In this document: positions 50,657 through 59,985 of the stretch, in pieces
Numbering within the stretch: position 1 is the first letter of the stretch
How the letters are laid out: every line of letters begins with the position of its first letter
Assembly (NCBI GenBank): GCA_900769355.1
Contig: CAAGGG010000068.1
Coordinates: 7,478 to 71,477 of the forward strand
Direction: 5' to 3'
DNA from: Candidatus Gastranaerophilales bacterium
Lineage (GTDB): Bacteria > Cyanobacteriota > Vampirovibrionia > Gastranaerophilales > Gastranaerophilaceae
Length of the DNA: 64,000 nucleotides
Translations under genes and position numbers: made by a program
The notes under the pieces: model-generated
What the model saw: only the letters and a program-made list of their open reading frames with translations
Databases searched by the model: none
Told to the model about the DNA's origin: nothing

Positions 50657-51471
50657 TTACCAAGGATACGTAATTTTCCAGCCATCTTGCATGATTTTTG
50701 CAGCGCAAGCTGTCCCAGAAGAATTACAATTTGAATTTATTTCTGCTGTGGTATTTGAGTATAAATCGGCTCTTACAATGCCGTCTTTAAAGTCAATCCA
50801 AAATCTAAAAAGGTCTTTTCCAAAAACATTTGGAGATTTTATACCATTGATATCAACTACAACTTCTTGTTTGGGGTTAAACATTGGCGTCCAGTGTTCT
50901 CCCCACTTTGTGAGTAAGATAAAATAAGTAACGCCGTCAGGAGTTGAAAAAAAAATTCTTCCGGCTGAATAGTTTGTGTAAATTGAAGTGTCATACGTTC
51001 TTCCGTTTTTATATTTGTATGCTATATTGCTTCCTTGCCAAGGACCACTTGGTGAAGTGTCGACATTTGCGCCATTAAAATATGGTAGCCAGTAAGTGTC
51101 AAAAAATTCTTTAACCGACTTTTGGGTGGCAACTGTTTCTTCAGTAAAATTGACTACGTCGTTGTCTGCAAGTGATTTTTGCGCGATTTGTCCGAGAGCA
51201 GAATACGCTTTTTTGAGCTTGGTTACAGTGACTTGTTTTTGGTAATTCTGGATAATAGTTGGAATAGTCAATGCTGCAACAGCGCCTATGATCCCGAGGG
51301 TGATTAGAACTTCAGCCAATGTAAAAGCGGCTCGATGCAGCTTGTCACAGAGGGCTACGTGCGTAGCACCGCTTCCTAGCTTCCTAGCTGCTTCTACAAC
51401 AGACTTTGCCTCATTTTGTTGTTTTAATGAGCTCTCGGGGGGGGGGCAATCATGGAACTATTATTAATCAT
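50657..51471 (-). CDS. Type IV pilin-like gene with a C10 tract in codons 9-12. It is out of frame as sequenced (putative phase-variable, OFF).
   Basis: Promoter TTGACA-17-AATAAT (plus 51508-51536), SD GAGGAG, then ATG at 51471. The product is MINNSSMIAPPPRAH* with 10 C. With 11 C it would be in frame with ...ESSLKQQNEAKSVVEAARKLGSGATHVALCDKLHRA|AFTLAEVLITLG.. and the rest of the pilin domain (VDINGIKSPNVFGKDLF, C-terminal DGWKITY). There is no canonical internal start. Confidence 0.6.
51437..51446. repeat. G10 (C10 on the coding strand) homopolymeric tract followed by CAATC
   Basis: Counted from the sequence. Same ctc-Gn-caatc context as 2107-2115. Confidence 0.85.
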
Positions 51472-51538
51472 TCTTTTTAACTCCTCTTATTCTTAACGTA
51501 TAAATTTATTATTTACGATATTTTGTGATTTGTCAACT

Positions 51539-52453
51539 TTAATTTTGATACTGTATCTGTTGGATATCCTTTGCAATTTGATTTTTTAGTTCTTCCAGTG
51601 ATGAAAACTTTTTTTCCGGGCGTAGCATTTTTTGAAATTTTATACTCAGATTTTTGCCATAGATATCTTGGTTAAAATTCAAAATATGGACCTCTATCAA
51701 TGTCCCAACACCGTTGACAGTCGGTCGGCAGCCGTAGTTTGCAATCCCTTTGCCGAAATTTGTTTCTACAGCATAAACACCATGCGGAAGTTCGACTAAT
51801 TCTGTCGGATATTTGATGTTTGCGGTTCTAAAACCTATTGTTCGTCCGATTTGTTGGCCTTTTATAACTTCTCCGCTTATTTCAAATTTTCGCCCGAGCA
51901 TTTTGTTGACATGTTCAATTTCGCCTTTTGCTAAATAATTTCTGATACAGGTACTGCTGATTATCTCGTTGTCCAACATTTTGGGTGGAAGTTCAAAGTA
52001 TTTGTAGTTGTATTTTTCTTGATTTTCTTGTAAAAATTCGACATTCCCGGATTTTTTACAGCCAAAACAGTGATTCCAGCCTGTGGAAATAGATTTTGGG
52101 GAAAAATATTTGACAAGAACGTCTTTCAGGTACTCGTCCGCAGTCAAATTTGAAATACTCATAAAATCTAATTCATACAAATAATCAACCCCGAGTGCTT
52201 TTATTGTCTTTTCTCTTTCGGTTTTTGTCAAAATATATTCTGGTTGAATGCCTCTTAAAATGCAACAAGGGTGCTCTGCAAAAGTTATAACTGCAGATTT
52301 ATTTCCGTTTTTTCGGGCATAATTAACCGCACTTTCAATGACTGTTTTATGACCAAGATGCACTCCGTCAAAAAAGCCTAATGCCAGCGATAAATTTGGG
52401 TTATAATTAAGAGTTTTAAATATTTCCATACCATAATTATACATAAAAAACAC
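51539..52453 (-). CDS. ribF: Bifunctional riboflavin kinase / FMN adenylyltransferase
   Basis: Motifs LALGFFDGVHLGH and the C-terminal kinase motif GIANYGCRPTV...EVHILNF. Confidence 0.9.
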   Translation of the reverse strand: MFFMYNYGMEIFKTLNYNPNLSLALGFFDGVHLGHKTVIESAVNYARKNGNKSAVITFAEHPCCILRGIQPEYILTKTEREKTIKALGVDYLYELDFMSISNLTADEYLKDVLVKYFSPKSISTGWNHCFGCKKSGNVEFLQENQEKYNYKYFELPPKMLDNEIISSTCIRNYLAKGEIEHVNKMLGRKFEISGEVIKGQQIGRTIGFRTANIKYPTELVELPHGVYAVETNFGKGIANYGCRPTVNGVGTLIEVHILNFNQDIYGKNLSIKFQKMLRPEKKFSSLEELKNQIAKDIQQIQYQN

Positions 52454-52531
52454 AACAAAAAAGCCCCACCGGAGTAGAGCTTTTTTATAAATGTTTTAGC
52501 GAAATTTTCTTTCGCCACTGCATAAGATTAA

Positions 52532-54319
52532 TTATGCTTTGTGGTGCTGTTGAACAGTGCTTTTCAAGTGAAGTTCTCTCAACTGTTGTAGAGAAGCTTC
52601 GCCAGGAGCATCACTCATAAGGTCTTTTGCACCTGAGTTTTTAGGGAATGCGATTACATCTCTAATACTGTCAGTTCTGCAAAGCAATGCAACAAGTCTG
52701 TCCAAACCGATTGCAAGACCTGCGTGAGGTGGAGTTCCGTATTGCAAAGCGTTTACCATAAAGCCGAATTTTTCTTTTGCTTCGTCTTCTGTCAAACCAA
52801 GGGCCTTGAAGATAGCACTTTGAACTTCTGATGAGTGAATTCTAACAGAGCCGCCGCCCAATTCTGTTCCGTTGTAAACGATATCGTAAGCGATTGATTT
52901 AACATTACCTAAGTCGCCTGATTTCAATTTGTCTAAATCAGCGATACAAGGTGAAGTGAATGGGTGGTGCATTGCCATAAATCTACCTTCTTCGTCAGAC
53001 CATTCAAACATAGGGAAGTCAACAACCCAAAGTAAATTGTGTTTGTTTTCGTCGATTAGGTCTAATCTTTTTCCGAAATACAATCTCAATCTGCCCATAA
53101 TGTCGTATACTAATTTCGGTTTATCTGCAACAAAGAAAATGATATCACCATCTTCTGCACCCGCACGTTCTTTAATAGCTTGTGCTTGTTCTTCTGTAAC
53201 GAATTTCAATACAGGTGATTTTGCAGTGCCGTCCTCGTTGTAAATAATGTTTGCAAGAGCTTTTGCACCGAATGAAACTGCAAGTTTTGTAATATCGTCG
53301 ATATCTTTTCTTGAGAATTTAGAACCGCCCGGAATTCTGATACCACGAACGATACCACCTTTTTCAAGAGTATCTCTAACGATTTTAAATTCTGATTGCA
53401 AAATGATATCGCCGATATCAAATAATTCCAATCCGAAACGAGTATCAGGTTTGTCAGAACCAAATCTGTCCATTGCTTCTTGCCAAGGCATTTGGATAAA
53501 CGGTGGTTTAACCTCAACGCCGGCTGCCTTGAATGTGTCGACTATTAAGCCTTCAACAAGTTTGATAACGTCTTGTTGTTCTACAAATGACATTTCGATA
53601 TCGATTTGAGTGAATTCAGGCTGTCTGTCAGCACGCAAATCTTCATCACGGAAGCATTTTGCGATTTGGTAATATCTTTCAATACCGCCAACCATCAATA
53701 ATTGTTTGAAAATCTGTGGAGATTGAGGCAATGCGTAGAATTTACCTTCTTGAACACGAGATGGAACAAGGTAATCTCTCGCTCCTTCCGGAGTTGTCTT
53801 AATCAAGATAGGAGTTTCAACTTCCAAAAAGTCCTGACTGTTCAAATATCCACGAGCTGCTTGACAGATTTTGTGACGCAAAGTCAAGTTGTGCAACATT
53901 GCTTCACGTCTTATATCAAGGTATCTGTATTTCAAACGAACATCTTCCGAGACATTTTCGTCGTCCAAAACGAATGGTAATGTTTTTGCTTCAGCCAAAA
54001 TTTCAACAGATGTAGGATACATTTCAACCTGACCTGTCGCATATTTTTCATTATATGTTTCTTCAGGTCTGCGAGTAATTTTACCTTTTACTGTAATAAC
54101 ATATTCTGATCTGAGTTTTTCAAAAATTTTGTGAACTTCAGGGTTGATTTGAGGGTTAGCAACCAACTGGAAAAATCCTGTTCTATCTCTCAATTCCACG
54201 AATAAAATGCCACCCAAGTCACGGATAGTAGATGCCCAACCTGAAAGAGTAACTTCCTCGTTCAAATTGCTAAGGTTAAGCTCTCCGCAATTGTGGTCTT
54301 TAAGTCTAGTTTTAATCAT
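52532..54319 (-). CDS. aspS: Aspartate--tRNA ligase
   Basis: Class II aaRS with an OB anticodon-binding N-terminus. Motifs FRDEDLRADRQPEFTQID and GGGSVRIH. 595 aa. Confidence 0.95.
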   Translation of the reverse strand: MIKTRLKDHNCGELNLSNLNEEVTLSGWASTIRDLGGILFVELRDRTGFFQLVANPQINPEVHKIFEKLRSEYVITVKGKITRRPEETYNEKYATGQVEMYPTSVEILAEAKTLPFVLDDENVSEDVRLKYRYLDIRREAMLHNLTLRHKICQAARGYLNSQDFLEVETPILIKTTPEGARDYLVPSRVQEGKFYALPQSPQIFKQLLMVGGIERYYQIAKCFRDEDLRADRQPEFTQIDIEMSFVEQQDVIKLVEGLIVDTFKAAGVEVKPPFIQMPWQEAMDRFGSDKPDTRFGLELFDIGDIILQSEFKIVRDTLEKGGIVRGIRIPGGSKFSRKDIDDITKLAVSFGAKALANIIYNEDGTAKSPVLKFVTEEQAQAIKERAGAEDGDIIFFVADKPKLVYDIMGRLRLYFGKRLDLIDENKHNLLWVVDFPMFEWSDEEGRFMAMHHPFTSPCIADLDKLKSGDLGNVKSIAYDIVYNGTELGGGSVRIHSSEVQSAIFKALGLTEDEAKEKFGFMVNALQYGTPPHAGLAIGLDRLVALLCRTDSIRDVIAFPKNSGAKDLMSDAPGEASLQQLRELHLKSTVQQHHKA

Positions 54320-54411
54320 CTTATCTTCCTTCTTTTGTTTTCAATACAGATTTACAAAAATTCTACCAAAAACATAAAAAAAAAGAAATAAATGTGAAGA
54401 AAATTGTTGAA

Positions 54412-54771
54412 TTAACTTTGATTTCTAACTCTTGAACTAGTTTTTACTGTTTGTTTAAGTTCGTTTTCAAAATCGTCTTCGTATTCAAAGTCCTCAGGCA
54501 AGATTTCAATAATTTGAATTGTCATGATTGATGAGATGTTTACGTGAAGCTGGGGGGTTCTGTCAGGACGAAATGCAATGTTTTTTCTATCTTTTATTTC
54601 ACAATTTTTAAGGGTAATAAATTGAAAACCGCCATTAAGTATATAAAAGAGCATATTGTCAGGGATTGAGTTGCTAAATCTCATGTTTTCCGGCAAGAGT
54701 AACTCGCCCTCAATATATTGGTCGTTTGTTGTAATCAAAACTTGCATTCTTGGTAAATTATTCATCATCAT
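54412..54771 (-). CDS. Hypothetical protein (119 aa)
   Basis: ORF between aspS and the SPFH operon with no recognised motif. Confidence 0.35.
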   Translation of the reverse strand: MMMNNLPRMQVLITTNDQYIEGELLLPENMRFSNSIPDNMLFYILNGGFQFITLKNCEIKDRKNIAFRPDRTPQLHVNISSIMTIQIIEILPEDFEYEDDFENELKQTVKTSSRVRNQS

Positions 54772-54844
54772 TGTCGTTTGTCCTTGGTTATTTTGTTGTA
54801 GAAAATTAGAGGCAGAGTTAATTCTCTGCCCCGAGTTTCATTAA

Positions 54845-55816
54845 TTATTTTTTGTCGAACATTTGTTTGATACCGTCAACAGAAGAAAGAATTCCTGTTG
54901 CTTCATACGGCATGTAAACTACTTTGTTGTTCTCGCCACTTGTGATGGCAGTCATTGTTTCCAAGTATTTCATTGCGATTAAATACTTGTCAGGCTGACC
55001 TTTGTCTGCCAAAGCATTGATAATTCTTGAGATTGCTTCTTTTTCAGCGTCGGCTTCAATTACACGGGCTTGTGCAATACCTTCGGCTCTAAGGATTTCT
55101 GCTTGTTTATCACCTTCTGCAGATCTGATAGCAGCTTCTTTTTCACCTTCGGCTTTTCTGATTGCGGCTTCTTTCAAACCTTCAGCTTCTGTAATTGTAG
55201 CTTTCTTTTCTCTGTCGGCTTTCATCAATTTGTCCATTGATGCTTGAATATCGGCAGGTGGGAAGATATCTTGAATTTCAACACGGTTAACTTTAACGCC
55301 CCATTTGTTTGTCGCATCATCAAGAGTTGTTCTCAATTCGTCGTTGATTTTGCCGCGAGATGTCAATGTTTCTTGCAAATCCATTTGACCTACAAGGTTT
55401 CTGAGTGTTGTTTGTGTCAATTTTTCAATCGCATCAGGAAGGTTTTCGATTTCATAAACCGCATCTTTTGCGTTCACAATTTGGAAGTAAATCAATGCGT
55501 TGATAGTGATTGAAACGTTATCTTTTGTAATTACGTTTTGGCGAGGGAAGTCGTAGATTTGTTCTCTCAAATCAATTCTGTCAACTTGTTTTTGGTAATA
55601 GTAGCTGCGTCCGTCAATGCCTTTTTGGGCAACTTTTTTCAAAATTCCTCGCGGAGCTTCCAAAATCGGAAAAATGAAGTTAGGACCTGCATCAAGAGTT
55701 TTTTCGTAACGCCCCATTCTTTCTATGATAACTTGTTGTTGTTGTTGCACGATAATTATGCCTTTGAAAACATAAATCAATAACGCAACCAATAAAATTA
55801 GTAGTACAATGCTCAT
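54845..55816 (-). CDS. SPFH/band-7 (stomatin/prohibitin-like) membrane protein
   Basis: N-terminal TM, band-7 core, and a C-terminal Ala/Glu repeat coiled coil (AEGEKEAAIRSAEGDKQAEILRAEG). Confidence 0.85.
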   Translation of the reverse strand: MSIVLLILLVALLIYVFKGIIIVQQQQQVIIERMGRYEKTLDAGPNFIFPILEAPRGILKKVAQKGIDGRSYYYQKQVDRIDLREQIYDFPRQNVITKDNVSITINALIYFQIVNAKDAVYEIENLPDAIEKLTQTTLRNLVGQMDLQETLTSRGKINDELRTTLDDATNKWGVKVNRVEIQDIFPPADIQASMDKLMKADREKKATITEAEGLKEAAIRKAEGEKEAAIRSAEGDKQAEILRAEGIAQARVIEADAEKEAISRIINALADKGQPDKYLIAMKYLETMTAITSGENNKVVYMPYEATGILSSVDGIKQMFDKK

Positions 55817-55827
55817 TTAATATTCTC

Positions 55828-56250
55828 CTATATTTTTTCTACGGTTAAAACAAGACTTTCATTCTTGACAATTTTTACTTCGCTTCCGACAGGAATGGTT
55901 TCATCGCTGTCAACACGAGCTTCCCAACGTTCGTCGTATACAGTAATAGCACCGGAAAATTTTGTAATCGGTTCAATAACTTTTACGATTTTGCCGATGT
56001 ATTTGTTTTCCATACCGGTTTGCATTTCTTTGCTCCGTTTATCTTTGATAAGCAAAGGTCGTAAAAACAGTATTGATGCAATAGATAAGACCACGAAAAC
56101 AATAGTCAAAGTAACCCAACTTGTAATCCATACTGCAACGAGTGCTGTGATTACAGCTGCAATTGCAAGGTTCAAAAAGAACATTGACGGAACTAACATT
56201 TCCAAAATAATGAAAACAAGGCCGGCAATTGTAAAAATTTCCCAAAGCAT
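55828..56250 (-). CDS. NfeD-family membrane protein (SPFH partner)
   Basis: Three or four TM segments plus a C-terminal OB-like beta domain. Operon with the SPFH gene. Confidence 0.75.
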   Translation of the reverse strand: MLWEIFTIAGLVFIILEMLVPSMFFLNLAIAAVITALVAVWITSWVTLTIVFVVLSIASILFLRPLLIKDKRSKEMQTGMENKYIGKIVKVIEPITKFSGAITVYDERWEARVDSDETIPVGSEVKIVKNESLVLTVEKI

Positions 56251-56374
56251 AATGTATCTCCTTTATATAAATACTATCTTAACATATTTTTTCAAACTCG
56301 TCAATTGAGTTGAAAAAATTTTTAATAATTGTTATAATAAAGTAGTTGAGATAATTATAGGATATATGTTATAG

Positions 56375-57973
56375 ATGGGAATATTTGACAGGGTTAAAAG
56401 AGCCTACACTCTTGCAGAAATTATTATAGTATTGGTTGTAATTGCAGTTGTTGTTGCTGTGACTATGCGTGTTGCAAAAACAAAATTGGATAATATAACG
56501 ACATATACCTATTATTCTGCGTATGGTGTTTTGAATGACGTGACTGCACAAATGGTAGCCGGATATGACCCGCAACAAGATAGGTATATGGAAGTAGCAA
56601 ATGCTTCGTTAGATACTCTAAGTCGTTTTCAGTCAAGTTATAATGAGTTGTTTGTATTTGGCTCAAAGATTTCAAATTATCATAATTTAAAACAAATACA
56701 AAAAGTATTAAGTTCAGAAGTCTATGCAATAGGTGGAAATCACTGGTTCGAATTTTCTCCGGTAGAGCCTTATGGCGGAGAATGTACTATTGATGTTGAT
56801 GATTTTAATGTAAAGTACGTAAAAGCGAAATACCAAGTGATAAACAGTGAAGGTGATTACGACTGGTCTTGTCTTGGGGTGCTAGAAGCTGCAAACCGTT
56901 TCGGTCCGCCTGAAAGAGTAAAAAATCCGGATACAGGTGAGACGGGGTGGTATTGTAGAACCGCAGTAGATACTTCCAGAAAAGTTAGAATTCCATCGAG
57001 AGATGAACAATATCAAGAATATTGTCAAAATCAAAGAATGTACGAAGCTGAGCCTTTGTGTGGATATCGTACATATGATTTGTGTAAAAATACGAGTGGT
57101 TTAACATGGTCTAAAACGAAGTGTAAATGTGTAAATTCTGATGAGGAACAACCATGTACTCAGGTAAGTGAGGAACAACAAAGAAGGGATTATTGCCACT
57201 TCGGTAAAACGAATTATGATCCAAACACTTGTACTTATCTTACCGAAGGTACAGATTGTGAAAAAGGACAACATTGGAGCACAAGCGAACCTTGCGGTTG
57301 TGTGCCGGATAATGCAACTGTTCCTAGAAAAGGAGCCAATTTCTGTGAAATGTTTGTTTCATTTGTGAATACAAAAACTGGTGAGTCGCTATGTAGTGGC
57401 GGAGCAGTTGCTGCTGATGTTACTGATTTTTCTTCGATTACTCCGGATATTGTTCTTAGAAATGGAATGAGAGTCTTTAATGCTTCCCAAAATCCTGCTA
57501 ACATTAGCGAGTTTACGCTTGCTGATGGAGAACATAAAAATAGCTTTTTTACAAAAGATGATGGTACAAGAATTTATCTTGATGAATTTGGTTATACATT
57601 ATATATAGATATTGATGGTGCTAGAAACGGTAACTCAAAGTTGTGGGAAGATGTATTCCCATTCTATGTAACTCTTTCCGGCAAAGTAATTCCGGCCTAC
57701 AACACAGATGCAATAGCTCAATTTGGAGGTGGTAGCAGGTATTATCTTCAAACGAGTATTCAAGTTGATTCTGTAGATGCACAAGGTGCAACACAATTTT
57801 GGCTGGACGGAGCAAAAAGTATATCGTTTAGACAAGCAGCTTGTATGTCAGGTTATGTTGATGCTGCGGCTCAATATTGTTCGAGAAATCCGTCGATTGC
57901 AAAATCTGCGACTTGTAGTGAGGGAAATAATTCTTGCTCAATAAAAAAGGTAAGCCCGATTAGATGGTTCTAG
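56375..57973 (+). CDS. Large (532 aa) Cys-rich type IV pilin-like protein (possible minor pilin/adhesin)
   Basis: Leader MGIFDRVKRA|YTLAEIIIVLVVIAVVVAVTM (Glu+5). About 27 Cys in CxC/CxxC-rich modules. Late motif YIDIDGARNGNSKLWEDVF. Confidence 0.7.
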   Translation: MGIFDRVKRAYTLAEIIIVLVVIAVVVAVTMRVAKTKLDNITTYTYYSAYGVLNDVTAQMVAGYDPQQDRYMEVANASLDTLSRFQSSYNELFVFGSKISNYHNLKQIQKVLSSEVYAIGGNHWFEFSPVEPYGGECTIDVDDFNVKYVKAKYQVINSEGDYDWSCLGVLEAANRFGPPERVKNPDTGETGWYCRTAVDTSRKVRIPSRDEQYQEYCQNQRMYEAEPLCGYRTYDLCKNTSGLTWSKTKCKCVNSDEEQPCTQVSEEQQRRDYCHFGKTNYDPNTCTYLTEGTDCEKGQHWSTSEPCGCVPDNATVPRKGANFCEMFVSFVNTKTGESLCSGGAVAADVTDFSSITPDIVLRNGMRVFNASQNPANISEFTLADGEHKNSFFTKDDGTRIYLDEFGYTLYIDIDGARNGNSKLWEDVFPFYVTLSGKVIPAYNTDAIAQFGGGSRYYLQTSIQVDSVDAQGATQFWLDGAKSISFRQAACMSGYVDAAAQYCSRNPSIAKSATCSEGNNSCSIKKVSPIRWF

Positions 57974-58071
57974 AGGCAGCTAGGCGTTTAGATGCCAAGA
58001 TGCTTAGAGGCAAAGATGCGAAGCCTGTTTAGTTAAGTTGTTAGGTTACTAAGGCACTAAGGTCATTTAAA

Positions 58072-58168
58072 AATAAGCTGGATTCTTTCGCATTCGCTCA
58101 GAATGACGTGAATATCAGCTATTTTCGTCATTCTGAGGCTCTCCAGAGCCGAAAGAATCCAGCTTATT
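58072..58168. repeat. Roughly 97-bp near-perfect palindromic MITE/REP-like element (AATAAGCTGGATTCTTTCG ... CGTCATTCTGAG ... CGAAAGAATCCAGCTTATT)
   Basis: Outer arms are 19-bp perfect inverted repeats. Inner 12-bp inverted repeat CTCAGAATGACG/CGTCATTCTGAG. Half-copies lie at 15196-15236 and 61822-61866, directly upstream of pilin genes. Confidence 0.75.
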
Positions 58169-58300
58169 GAATAACTCGGTGCGATTTTGTATTTGCCACT
58201 GCTCTTTTGGCGGATTTATTTTCTGCAAATTTCTCTTTTACTATAAATCTGTAGGGCGCAAATTTTTGCCCCAACAAAAAGTGTTTGTAAAGGAGAAATT

Positions 58301-58594
58301 ATGTCTAGAAATATTTTAAAACCTATTAGTAAAATAGTTGAAGAAAGTGGCTCAAATAAGCTCACTGTTTTTACCAATCACTTAAAAATTGATGGTCATA
58401 TTTATTTGCCGGAAGGGCGATGTGATGAATGTCATGATGATTTTATAACTCTGGAAAATGTGACGGTTTGTAGGCTTTCGGATTATTGTACTTGTAATGA
58501 TGATGATTGTGAATGCAATGACTATGTGTGCTTCAGATATGATTGGCTAAATGTCGGAATTGAAAAGATTACGGCATTTAGTGTTGTGAAATGA
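58301..58594 (+). CDS. Small Cys/Asp-rich hypothetical protein
   Basis: 97 aa. Segment CDECHDD...CTCNDDDCECNDYVC. SD AAAGGAGAAA. Confidence 0.4.
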   Translation: MSRNILKPISKIVEESGSNKLTVFTNHLKIDGHIYLPEGRCDECHDDFITLENVTVCRLSDYCTCNDDDCECNDYVCFRYDWLNVGIEKITAFSVVK

Positions 58595-58731
58595 CTTTTG
58601 GCTTGATAGCTCGTAAACAATCAAATTAATCAATACGGCGAGGTCTATTCTTTGTCGTATTAATTTTTGTCAAGCTACGTGTGCGAACGACAGATTTTAT
58701 GATACAATATAGTTACTACAAGGAGAAAAAT

Positions 58732-59076
58732 ATGACTCTAAGAAATGAACGTGTTAGAAAAGAATTAATGAGAGATATTTCTGAAATTTTGAGAAAAGAA
58801 ATCAGAGGTCTTGCTGGTGTTGTGTCGATTTTGGACGTGGAAGTTGCGCACGACAATTCTTTTGCGAAGGTTATTTATAGCGTTTTGGGTTCAGATGAGC
58901 AAATTGTAAAAACAAAAGAAATTATTGAAAAAAGTACTCCAAAAATTCGCTATGAAGTTGGAAAACGTATTCGTCTAAGACTCACTCCTGAATTACGTTT
59001 TGTCTATACTGATTCTTTGGAAAAAGGTTCAAGAGTCAGTGAACTAATCGACAAAATCTCTCGCGGGGAAATATAA
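58732..59076 (+). CDS. rbfA: Ribosome-binding factor A
   Basis: Start at MTLRNERV (SD AAGGAG). KH-like RbfA fold motifs and synteny with truB. Confidence 0.85.
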   Translation: MTLRNERVRKELMRDISEILRKEIRGLAGVVSILDVEVAHDNSFAKVIYSVLGSDEQIVKTKEIIEKSTPKIRYEVGKRIRLRLTPELRFVYTDSLEKGSRVSELIDKISRGEI

Positions 59077-59082
59077 GAGGTA

Positions 59083-59985
59083 ATGTCGGCTTTGGTAAGC
59101 AAGGATTTGAGTCGCGAAAAGAAGCAGTTGTTCGGCTTTTTGAATATTTATAAGCCTGTCGGAATGACATCACATGATGTTGTTGCTGCTTTGCGACGTG
59201 TTACAAAAATTAAACAAATCGGACACACAGGTACGTTGGATCCTTTTGCTGAAGGGGTTTTACCAATTTGTGTCGGAAAAGCTACTCGATTAATCGAATA
59301 TTTGCAAGATGATAAGGAATACCTTGCAACAGTGCAGTTTGGAGCTTCTACAAACACATTTGATTTAGATGGTGAAAAAACATCTGTTTCTGGTAAAAAA
59401 GTAACAAAATCACAGGTGGAAGAAGCATTAAAGGCATTTTCTGGAGAAATTTCTCAGTTGCCACCGATTTTTTCTGCGATAAAGGTGAAGGGTAAAAAGC
59501 TTTATGAGTATGCAAGAAAAGGCGAAGAAGTTGAAATTCACCCGCGGAAAGTTGTAATTGAAAATATTGAACTGAAAGTGTTTGATGAAGAAAATCAACA
59601 AGCTCAAATTCTGATAAAATGCTCAAAAGGAACTTATATTCGCTCTATTGCCAACGATTTAGGACAAAATCTCGGTTGTGGCGGATATTTGGTTAAGTTA
59701 ATTCGGACTCAAGCTGGAAGTTTCAGGGTTGAAGACAGTTTCCAACTTGATACGGTTGAGGTTGAGAAAAATTTTGTTAATCCGTTAGACGTACTGAATT
59801 TGCCAAAAATTGCAGTGAAAGATAAGGATTTAACAAAAATTAAAAATGGCATGCCGATTGAGTTTTCGCCTCGAGAAGACATAAAATTTGGAAATTTTGT
59901 AATTTTGGTATATAATAATGTCGAAATCTGCGCTGTTGGAGTTGCAGATAATGACAAAATAAAATTAAAGAAAGTGTTTTTATAA
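59083..59985 (+). CDS. truB: tRNA pseudouridine(55) synthase
   Basis: Motifs GFLNIYKPVGMTSHDVV, GHTGTLDPFAEGVLPICVG and PPIFSAIKVKGKKLYEYAR. Confidence 0.95.
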   Translation: MSALVSKDLSREKKQLFGFLNIYKPVGMTSHDVVAALRRVTKIKQIGHTGTLDPFAEGVLPICVGKATRLIEYLQDDKEYLATVQFGASTNTFDLDGEKTSVSGKKVTKSQVEEALKAFSGEISQLPPIFSAIKVKGKKLYEYARKGEEVEIHPRKVVIENIELKVFDEENQQAQILIKCSKGTYIRSIANDLGQNLGCGGYLVKLIRTQAGSFRVEDSFQLDTVEVEKNFVNPLDVLNLPKIAVKDKDLTKIKNGMPIEFSPREDIKFGNFVILVYNNVEICAVGVADNDKIKLKKVFL

